Source: Camelus ferus
Taxonomy: Eukaryota
Direction of reading: 5' to 3'
DNA: 64,000 nt
NCBI RefSeq assembly: GCF_009834535.1
Contig: NC_045696.1
Coordinates: 84,632,001-84,696,000 of the forward strand
Shown here: in pieces, positions 54,431 through 64,000 of the stretch
Numbering within the stretch: position 1 is the stretch's first letter
Layout of the letters: every line of letters starts with the position of its first letter
Notes under the pieces: generated by a model
Told to the model about the DNA's origin: nothing
The model's database searches: none
The model's input: the letters and a program-made list of their open reading frames with translations, nothing else
Program-made: the position numbers and the translations under genes

Positions 54431-55515
54431 TGAGAACTCCGGAGATGTGCAAGTCAGCTTTCTGAACACTTACCAGGAGACAACAGAAAGCGTGTTGATG
54501 TATGCTTAAAAGAGAAAGAATGATTGCAAGAGTATGGGAAGGGGATCCCTAGTCCCAGCTGGTGTATCATTCAGTGCAGGGTGAGCAGTGGCTGATTTAA
54601 GTGCATATTTGACTCCAAGCTTGCCCAAGCAGAACTAAGAGCAAACACCCTCAATACTCTAACACCATAATCCTCTAGGTATTAAGTTGGAAAAAGATAC
54701 AGTAAGAAGAAATAGCTGTCCACCTTCCCAAAGAAGGAAACAGAATACTGAAGGGATGACATCCCTGACATGTAGGGCAAATGGGGACATATCAAGGTGG
54801 TAAATGCCCTGACTTCTATTTACAGGCTTTCACGACCTTTGCTAAGTTAACTCTTCCTCAGGCTCCCTAAAAGGGAGCTGCTGAGGCAAGAAGAATTCAG
54901 TATCTGACCTTAATGTGCCATTGACATGATGAGGCTGAGCACCTACAGAAAGTCTTTGAGTACTGGAGGGAGCTCAGACTCATAATGGAAATGAAAAGTA
55001 CACTGCTCAACTGGGGAGGGTGGAGCAACTCATAAGATACAACAGAGACAAAACCCAGCTATGATCCCTTCCCATTAGGTTGGATAATTAAGAAAAGGGG
55101 TATTTCTAGCAGACATTACCTAAATAAAAACCCCACAGTATCTATTCAAAAGCTTAGGCTTGCAAATTGGATTTTGGAAAAGTTTGGAGAGTAGAGAAAC
55201 CCCAATGCTGCAACTAATTAGACTTGCCTGTACCCACTTGCCCTTGCAAAACATAAGTGAGACAAAGGAAGAGGGAGAGATAGAGTCTGAAAAAGTAGTC
55301 AAATAATGGTCACCACAAATAAGTAGGGACTTGTAAGTTTATGACTGGTACCCTTATTTTAATCTTCCATCTAACATAAGTGTTGCCAAACTCTAATCAA
55401 ACATTATGGGCTCATTGTACCGACAAAAAAAAAAAAAAAGGAAATAGATAATTGGAACATAATCAGAAGGCCTGATGCCAGTCTATGAGTCCACCTGTGA
55501 GCTTAATAGACAAAT

Positions 55516-55560
55516 GACCAGGAGACACAGGAAGACCAGAAGACACAGGAAGATCAGAAG
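55516..55560. repeat. 18-bp tandem repeat, about 2.5 copies
   Basis: gaccaggagacacaggaa gaccagaagacacaggaa gatcagaag. Confidence 0.9.
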
Positions 55561-57056
55561 GAGCAAAAGTAATGTTGCTGATACCCAGGGACCAAGCACA
55601 CTTTTCTCTTTTACAGAACAGGTTAAGTCTCAGGATTCTTGTCAGTCTCAAATTGGGAAGATTTATATTTTAAGAGGATAGGGAATAATATACCTGTAGG
55701 AAAATGGAGGCTAGCCTCTCTTATTAGTGTTTTGAAAATGAAGGAAATAAGAGAATTAGGAGAGTTAATGAAGAGTAAAATGATGACAGAGTTCAACAAA
55801 AAAAACCCTTATTATTTATTCATCTTAACCAATTTTTATCTGGGGAAACTAATATCTTAAAGACTTGATTATTTATGTTGAAATGAAATAGACTATCAGT
55901 AGTATCCTGTTATTATTTTAATAGAACAAATGTGTGAAATATCTTTTAATCTCTCAAATTCTAAAAAGGGTTTTATGAACTCAGCTTCTAAAAACCATGC
56001 ACACTGGAGCTAAAGCACTTCAGTTCTATATATTGATATTTCTTTTTTAAGTCGAGGTGAAATTTTAAGCTATTATAAACATCCATAGCCACACCTTCCA
56101 AAAAAGTAGCTACCATTTTTTGTATATCATTTAAAGATATATAAACATTGATAATTAGATTTTTTCACAATTGAAACATACAAAATGAATTAGAATCTGT
56201 GTTCATATTATAACAACTTTTGCACAGCTTTGATAGAGAGCCTCACTGACTTACCTTTTTAATATTAGAAGGGTAACACAGATATAGACTTGTTGAGGGC
56301 AATCATGTTGTGCCATATGTCACCTCATTGATTCCCAAGTATTATCTAAGTTGTCTGTCTCCCTAGGCAGACGTTCCCCTCCTCCCTCACAGCTCCATGT
56401 GTGTGTCTTTCCTGAATTATAAGAGAGTTGTATTTATTTCAACTAAATTTTATAATTAGGTCTACTGCTTTTTTTTCTAATTTTATATCACTTCATGATA
56501 CATTTCTTCAATGTTTATGATGTGCCAGCATTGCACAGTTTATTGAGGGACAGGAGTGTAATAAAACATCTGACTTTATGGTCAAGTAGGAGAATCACAA
56601 ATAATTATATAAAGTACTACATACGTTGAAATTAAAAAATACAAATGAGTTAAATCACCAATATGCCTATTGACTACTTTAAAAATATAAACTAATGATA
56701 ACTGGGTATTTCATGAAGGCTGAGCAATTCCCTGAATGACATCTGGGAGCCAATTTATATTATAGTAGCTGGAGAATGAAAGGCAAGAGTGAGCATTGCA
56801 AGTAGTGGTAAAAGCATGAGAAAGGGAATTGAGTTGTTAAAAAAAAAATAGATGGATTTGTTGGGGAACAGACATTATTTCTGTATAACTGGGACATAGG
56901 ATGTCTGGGTAGATTTGTGCACACAAGACGGCCAAAATCAGACATAGAAGACGTTTACATTCAATATCTCACTAACGAGTTCTATTTCGGAAATTCTAAG
57001 GCCTTTTGAGCAAGCAGAATAGCTCAGTCTTTTTCTGAAGAACAGCATGATTGACT

Positions 57057-57375
57057 TGTTGACTTGAAAAAAAATACTGCCAGATATTTCTCCAGCAAAG
57101 ATGGGTTTATTCGGGAGCAGTGGAGAACTGTAATTTGGGGTCTGCAACCACAGTGGGCCACGTGCCATGTCCCTAAACAGCAAGGGAAGGGGAACACTTT
57201 CATGGAGGGAAAAGAAAGTTGATAGGGCTATAGTCTATAGAGTCCATGGCTTTTCATTTGCTGAGTCCTTGCAAGGAGAAGGGTCTTTGTTCTTGTTGTT
57301 GGGCTCTGTTATCCTAGCAGGGAATAAAAATGTCCCTTTGTGGTTGCCTAAATCTTTTTAACTGAGGTTTCTGTT
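57057..57375 (-). mobile_element. Solo LTR (probably ERV1 class), same family as 20546-20849
   Basis: Its reverse complement aligns with 20546-20849 and ends ...gtcaaca, with AATAAA at 57106-57111 on the minus strand. Confidence 0.75.
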
Positions 57376-57489
57376 TATTTATTTATTTATTTATTTTAGA
57401 CTAGAAGGGGAGAAATGAGCTCAAAGCTAAGAAATAGCAAGAACTGATGAAGTCTTTATTGAGAAAAGAGGTATGTTATTAGCTAATTA

Positions 57490-57742
57490 CTGTTATTGTT
57501 ATTGGCAACTTTCAAATATATTGTTAACTTTAGTTACCATGCTACATGTTACATCTCCAGAACTAATTTATCTTGTAATTGGAAGTTTGTACCTTTTGAC
57601 CACCTTAACCAGTTTTCCCCACCTACCATCCCCCGCTTCTGGCAACCACTAGTCTGTTCTCTTTATCTTTGAGTTCACTTTTATTTTTTAAATTCCACCT
57701 ATAAGTGAGATCATACAGTATGTGACTTTCTCTGTATGACCG
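57490..57742 (-). mobile_element. L1 (L1MA/MB-type) 3' UTR fragment
   Basis: 'gaagtttgtaccttttgacc', 'ctggcaaccactagtctgttctc', 'attccacctataagtgagatcatacagta'. Confidence 0.85.
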
Positions 57743-57769
57743 TATAACATCAGTCTTGGTGAATCAAGA

Positions 57770-57965
57770 TGAAGGAATGAAAAGAACACTGGTTCTGGAT
57801 TCAGAGAGACAGGTGATTCCTGGTTCTGTCACTTGTCATATAGATCTTCAACAAGTTATATAAATTTTCTGAGCCTCCATTCTCTGTGCTTTACCATAGG
57901 GATAATGTTATTCACATTACAGATCATTGTGAGGATAGACTTATATGTGTAAATGGCTTGAGGGA
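57770..57965 (+). mobile_element. MIR
   Basis: 'gaaaagaacactggttctggattcagagagac...ctgtcactt...caagtta...tctgagcctc...gtgaggat'. Confidence 0.75.
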
Positions 57966-57989
57966 GTCTCAAACAATTGGGACAATTTA

Positions 57990-58720
57990 ATTATCTTTTC
58001 CTCTCAACTAACTTCTTACTGATTTTGAAACATGTTCATGCCTTTTTCATTCTGAAGACGTTTTCCCTAGTCTGCGACATCCCCATGAGCTATCCTATTG
58101 TCTTTTTATTCCTTTGATTGCTAAAATGTTTACGAGATTGATTTACATCCATTTCCTTACCATCTTCTGATTCCTTATCCCTTGAAATCTGTATCCTGCT
58201 CTCATCACCTTGTGGAATTCACTAGAGGTCTGTTTTCAGTTCTTCCTTCCAAAAGCCTCTCTGCTTTTGGCTCTCCTGATTTCATTCTTTTTCTCTTGAT
58301 CTACAGTTCTAATTGCACCTTCTCAATCCTCACACCAGACTCTTCTTTATCCTGTCAATCTTAAGAATTTAATTCTTTCAGATTATGCGCTAGGACTTGT
58401 CTAATTTTCTCCCTGAGCTCTCTTCTTGGATTACTCTACTCCCACAATTTCAGATAGCATGTTTAGGCAACACTTCTGAATGCTGGCTCCTACTTATTTG
58501 AGTTTCAAACCTTTATTTCAGGCTGGGCTGAACATATATCATGTGTGTTTAGGGAACAGTTCATACTCAATATATTCAAAATCAAATGTATTTTTGCTAT
58601 AAAAAACTTGTCTTCTCCTTGCATTCTCTTTCAGGCTTAAAGCATCATCCTTTTCATTCCCCTAAATAGAAATCTTCAGCAGTTATTAGCAAATAACATT
58701 CCTCCATCTTGATTCACCAA
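57990..58720 (+). mobile_element. L2 fragment
   Basis: Pyrimidine-rich decayed L2-like sequence, for example 'cctccttgaaa'-like, 'actcaatatattcaaaatcaaa', 'catcatcc...agaaatct'. Confidence 0.5.
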
Positions 58721-58729
58721 GACTGCTAT

Positions 58730-59147
58730 ACAGTCAGACAGAGAAAGATACGTACTGTATGAGCTCATTTATATGTGGAATGCAAAAAAAAAAAAAAATC
58801 AAATAGAACAGACTGGTGGTTGCCGGAAGCAGGGGATGGTAGGTGGGGGAAATTAGTCAAGGTGGTCAAAAAGTACAAACTTCCAAGTATAAGATAAATA
58901 AGTCTGGGGATGTAATATATAGCATGGTGATTAAAGTTAACAATATATTTGAAAGTTGTTAATAGACTAGATCTTAAAAGCTCTCATCTTAAGAAAATAA
59001 TTTTGTGACTCTGTGAGGTGATGGATGTTAAGTAAACTTATTGTGGTAATCATTTTGCAATGTATACTTAAATCATCATGTTGTACACTTAAAACTAATA
59101 CAATATATCATTATATTTCAATTATATCTCAATAAAACTGGAAAAAA
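58730..59147 (+). mobile_element. L1 (L1MA/MB-type) 3' UTR fragment
   Basis: 'agtcagacagagaaagata', 'gtacaaacttcca', 'agcatggtgatt', 'tagatcttaaaagctctca', 'caattatatctcaataaaactgg'. Confidence 0.88.
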
Positions 59148-60385
59148 TACTGATGCTTTAAAGCAATGGGCAAAAAATATATGAAGAGACAAGGTCGTCA
59201 GGTAAGGTAAATCTTGTTCTTTCTTTTGGTAATTAGCTTAGATCTTTTTCTCACCATAATTCTTACACATTTTTTAGTCCCCTTCGTTTGCTGCTATGCC
59301 ATGTCCTTCTGTTATCAGTCCAAATGTAATTATCAGTCAGTTCAGCCCAGGCTGTATAATTAGGAGGTGAGGGTCTTTCTAAAATAGTTCCTCAGTAGCT
59401 TATACTGTATCTAAGTTAGCTCTTGTAGAGAAAACCTATCTTCTTGAATTTCTATATCCATAGAACTCAATCCTTGTTTTTCTCTACCCAATCATTTTGA
59501 CACCATCTCCCAGCACACCATGCGATAAAATAGGATTTTCAATACATAATATAAAAAATGCTCTGATTACATGAACACATGATACAGCAGTCCTACTATG
59601 TTAAGTATTACCCTGTCTGGTATGTGTAGATCATATTATATTTCATTTATCACACTATTATAACAACCATATATGGGATTTATGCTAACGAGGTAGTAAG
59701 GAGATAATTTATTTTTTAATATAAAATGGATGAAAATATAAACTGGCTGTTAAATGTTAAAGTGTATTTTTAAAGCAAGACCTGCAATGAAATGGTAGGT
59801 AGTAAAGTACCTATCCATTACCAAAGCTGTTCCTTCAAAGTAGAACAGGAGGAGGATTAAAATTCTGTGGATAGGATATTTATTTAGAGTCATTATTCAA
59901 CAGCTGACATTTTGTGACCTCATAAAAATGCTAACACCCATTTTCTCATACATATGTAACCCCAGAAAAAATTAAACTGGCCCCAATCATAACTTATATG
60001 GTCATACAATACCCTACTTATATTTTAACATTATTTCATCAAAGAACCATCATATTTGTCACTAAATTACATACTGAAACTCACAACAACCCCATACTGA
60101 AGTTTTACTTTTTATTTTAATATTACAGTTTTTGATATATCTGACCTACAAAATACACGTAGCATAGAAAAACAGGATCTTCAGATAATACAATACATTA
60201 ATTTTCATCAAGAACAATGTGTACCTAGAGTTTGCTTAAAAAGTAATCTAAGTTAAATATTTGAACCAAAGTTTTATTCTTTTAAAAAAAATCAAATAAC
60301 ATAGACCCAATGTTTTGATGTCTTTTCTGCACAGAAACCTACAGGATCCCATACTACCAAAAAATACTGTTAATTCAAAGTTTGA

Positions 60386-60847
60386 TGTGGTAGGCAGAAT
60401 AATACCACCCCTGCCCCACCAAGATGTTCACCAGAATCTGCAGAACCTGTTAATATGCTGCCTCATACGGCAAGAGTGTCTTCACAGATGTGATCAAGAA
60501 TCTTGAGATGGGGAGGTTTTCCTTGCATTATCTCAAAAGGCACAATGAAATCACAAGGGTCCTTATATGTGGAAGAGCAAAGCAAGAGAGCCAGAGCTGG
60601 AGAAGATGTGACAATGGAAACAGAGGTTGGAGTGATGCCATTGCTGGAAGGAGGCCAGGAGCAAAGGAATGCAGGAAGCCTCTAGATGCTGGAAAAGGCA
60701 AGGGAACATATTCTCTTTTGGAGCTGCCAGAAAGAATTCTATTCTGACCACACAATGTGGACTTCTGACCTCCAGAAATACATTTGTGTTAAGCCAAGTT
60801 GGCAAGTTTGTAATAATCTGTCTTAGGATCGAGAGAAAACGAATACA
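60386..60847 (+). mobile_element. MaLR solo LTR (MLT1D-like)
   Basis: 'tgtggtaggcagaataat', 'ttgagatggggag', 'gcctctagatgctggaaaaggcaagg', ending 'gaataca'. Flanks tttga / tttgt. Confidence 0.9.
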
Positions 60848-61225
60848 TTTGTCATTCAAACGTGAGCACATCATTGCCCCAAGTAATCCACTATTTACTT
60901 TTCCTCTTATTATACTCCTCACCTTACACTTTAGTTAATTTGTTATATTAATCTTCATGTGATCACTTCCATGCTTCCATAAGAACATGTCTCTGCATGT
61001 GTTTCCTCTACCTGGGATGCACTTTGTGCTCAAAATCTTACCACAGCCCTATTTGTTCCATGAAGTGATCCTACTTCCTGAATTCTAAACAGATATGATG
61101 CCTCCTTTGCTGACCATTCTCTTAGTGTTTTGTTTTTTTCTCTCAAAAATAATAAATAATAATAATAGAGGATGAATACGAGATAAACTTTATCTTTGTA
61201 ATATACTCCTCTCTTACTTATTCTA

Positions 61226-61380
61226 CTAAGGCTCTCAAATTATAATATGCACAAAAATTACTTAGGGAGAATACCAAACATGCGAAGTCAGAATGCCAAA
61301 GTTTCTGATTCAGTATGTCTAAGTGGGACTCACAGATAAGCACTTTTAGAAGCACCCCTGGGATCCCTTGATTTGGCCAC
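61226..61380. mobile_element. MER5-type hAT-Charlie DNA transposon
   Basis: 'ctctcaaa...aattacttagggag...gtttctgattcagtatgtct...gcacttttagaagcacccc'. Confidence 0.65.
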
Positions 61381-63324
61381 TTAACCCCTCTGGAAAATCC
61401 ATCCTCCTGTATGTAGTATAAACTTTTTTATCACCACAGTCTTTGACACAATGCATGGACATAATAAGGATTTTAATGTAGTTGTATCCTAAATATAACA
61501 TAGTTAACAACCAAGTTTCCTGACTTACAAATCTATAGGAAGATTTTGTCTTAGTTTTGTCAGTGACAGTCTGCTTTTGCCACGTATGTACAAACATATA
61601 ATAAAAACATTCATAGTCTTGGACTGAGTTTAAATGAATATGCCACAAACCAGGACAGGGCTGACTAAGTTCACCCCCTATACATTTTGTACCTCCAGGT
61701 ACAGAGAAGGCCATCAGAATCAACAGAGTATCCATTTGTTTGCAGGCTTCCTGGCTCTAGGTAGGGCAATTTTTAAGGCATTAATTTACCAGATTTTTAA
61801 TTGGTGTGAGAAGAGGAGCTTCTGTGTAGAAGTGTGACACCCAGTACAAGGAGAACATAGGAGCAATCCCTCCCAGTATGGGCTTCTGAAAACTCAGATT
61901 AAATTACGGGATCATATTCATCCTTATCCCCTGAGATTCAATACTTCTGAATGTACCCATAAATTATAATATAGAGCAGACTCCCTTTCTCTGTTTTGGG
62001 AAAACTTATTTGAACACTTCATGCAGTTTCGAGACATTTAAGGGAGCAAAGCTCCTCCTAAAGTAAGGTCCAAACTGCTTAACACAGTATTGAAGCCTAA
62101 ATCATCTAATTCACTCCTAGCTACAGGCTTCACTCAACTCTCTTAATTCTGGCTCTCTTCTTCCCCAGGCTCCCTTGTGGATTAAATACAGTCACATGAG
62201 CTTTTTTTTTTTTTAACTTACCAAATATACAAGACTTTTTGTTTCTATTTTGTTTTATAAATATCTTCACCCACGCTGTTGTTTTTCGTGTAATAACATT
62301 TATGTCTCCTCACTTACCTACTTGAAGGAAAAAAAACGACCATTTTCCAAGAGAGTGGAAATGGCACATCTTTTGTAAAGCTTTGTTAGGCTCCTCTGGA
62401 GAAACTGAGAGCTCTCTTTTGTGGCCTACATTACCTGTACATAATCCTATGACAATTCCTATCGATTTCAATTTCAGTGCTTCTTTTCATGTCTGCCTCT
62501 CTCCATTGTCTTGAATGAGGAATCATTTCTTTTCAAACTCCTTATAGGAGAGTGCTTCAGTTTAATCTGAACTGTGATTTAGAGCCTCAGCATCAACAGA
62601 ATAGGTGGGTTGATGGATTACTCCAATACTTATTTACATTAGTTGATAGGAATGATAAATATTTCTTTTTGGCTGAAATAAGAAAGAAAAACTAGGTTTG
62701 TATGTGCCACTGGAAGAGAAAAATAAGAGAAATAATGGAGTTATAATGACATTGATCCCCTACCAAGTTTGGTAGACTTTCCTCTGAATTCTAGTGACAG
62801 GAGAAGTTCTAAAGCTGAGTGCTACCAAACCAGTGAGATCTGGACACTAAATGTTAATGTGACCTATCTTCTTTGCACTTACGTGATGACTGATGGGTAA
62901 ATATTTATGTTATATTAAGATTCCATAGCCTATTCTTTCATAAGGCGCACAGTAAATACACATTTTAAATATGTTTAGTACAGGGATATTTCCAGTAGTA
63001 TGTGATAGTGCCCTATGGAGTTGATCTTACAACATTCACACATTGGTATTTAGTAAAGACTCAAAGGCTTCGCCTCTGCAGATTTCTGAAGATCTTTTTC
63101 TAACTGCCTCCCTCCTATTCAGAACTCAACTTCTGATCTTTAGGTGCCTCAGTCTCCTTTAATTCTACTTCTTGGATCCTCACCCCAGGGATACGGCTAT
63201 GCTCTGCTAGGGATTTTCATCCTTGAACTACAAGTCAGCATGTGCCATCAACAGGCAGAGGAGATCATGTGTCTTTCTTCCTTTGTTTATTCCCACAAGG
63301 ATTATAGTCAGATACTGCCTATAG

Positions 63325-63985
63325 TTTTCGTTTGTTTAGGATGTCAAATGACCCTTTATTGAAATATTTAAATATTTCCTTTGTAGTTCTTAATTATCTG
63401 GGCATTCTGCCACGCCATGGTGGATGCCATCTGTGATGTTGTGAGGGTAGTGACCATCAAGATTGCAGTCCACAAACTGGACAGTCCTCAGGATCTCTTT
63501 GATGGCTCCAGAGAGCTTTCTGGCTGAAAGACAATGATGTATCTGTTGGTAATATTGACAAATCTCATCAAAAGTGATATTTCCAACATGTATAAAGGTT
63601 TGTTGTTGTTGTCTGTTTGTTTGCTTCTTTCTGTCTCTGAGTAGTTCTTTGAGAGCTTTGATGATCTAGGAAGAGGAAGAAGGTACCATCTCAATCTGGA
63701 TCTTTGTGTTCTGAATGGTCAGTTTCACTGTAATTGTTAGATCCTTCTACTCACCAGTTGCCTTGATAATGTCATCATCATTTTTTTTTGGATAAATACT
63801 CAGGTGGCTAATTTTGGAGGCCAGGGCAGACATTGCACCAAATTACCCACCAGTGCCACTCAGGTATATGACTTTGATCTCTTTAGGTTGAATTTGGGCG
63901 GCAGAGTGGAGGTGGTTGGTGTTGGATGAACTATGATGTAGGATGACCTAAAAAAGTTGTACTGTGTCCTTTGAGCTGAAAGCCT
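63325..63985 (-). pseudogene. RPL12: Processed pseudogene of 60S ribosomal protein L12 (uL11); CDS-equivalent 63904 to 63390
   Basis: The minus strand reads, with frameshifts and stops, (L)PPKFN-KEIKVIYLSGTGG*FGAMSALASKI...[50 protein letters not shown]...GNITFDEI...[46 protein letters not shown]. This is colinear with RPL12 ([20 protein letters not shown]...GAVECPAS). There are no introns. A 5' UTR-like 'gttcatccaacaccaaccacctccac', AATAAA (63355-63360) and a decayed A tail are present. Confidence 0.96.
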
Positions 63986-64000
63986 TCTGTAATTTTTTTA

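Noticed and set aside
55516..55560. Repeat array that might suggest CRISPR or a basic repeat protein (RRHRKTRRHRK)
   Set aside because: It is a simple 18-bp tandem duplication without spacers in a mammalian genome, and the ORF is incidental.
60315..60938. Cluster of overlapping ORFs on both strands
   Set aside because: They lie mostly within the MLT1D-like LTR, whose higher GC content lowers stop frequency.
63488..63694. 68-aa minus-strand ORF
   Set aside because: It is an out-of-frame reading of the RPL12 pseudogene.

Overview
This is AT-rich, CpG-poor mammalian non-coding DNA (intergenic, or a very large intron), almost certainly from a camelid, based on a tRNA-derived vic-1-type SINE at about 36.3 kb. 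I found no intact protein-coding gene, RNA gene or CRISPR array. The supplied ORFs are either decayed transposon frames or chance ORFs. Much of the window is interspersed repeats: old and young LINE-1 pieces (mostly + strand), L2, CR1/L3, MIR, MaLR/ERVL/ERV1-type LTRs, hAT DNA transposons, and a 3'-truncated ERV-L-class provirus with recognisable protease, RT and RNase H remnants (43.3-47.0 kb). The only clearly recognisable cellular gene sequence is a full-length, heavily decayed RPL12 processed pseudogene on the minus strand (63.3-64.0 kb). The points most worth follow-up are an unidentified polyadenylated insert with target-site duplication (TSD) inside an MLT2 LTR, a three-layer CR1>MER94>young-L1 nest, a CpG excess inside the dead ERV-L pol, and a cluster of minus-strand splice signals and TF motifs near 25.8-26.1 kb. 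I do not see a supportable novel biological system. Repeat family names come from recall of consensus sequences, not from a search, and repeat boundaries are approximate.
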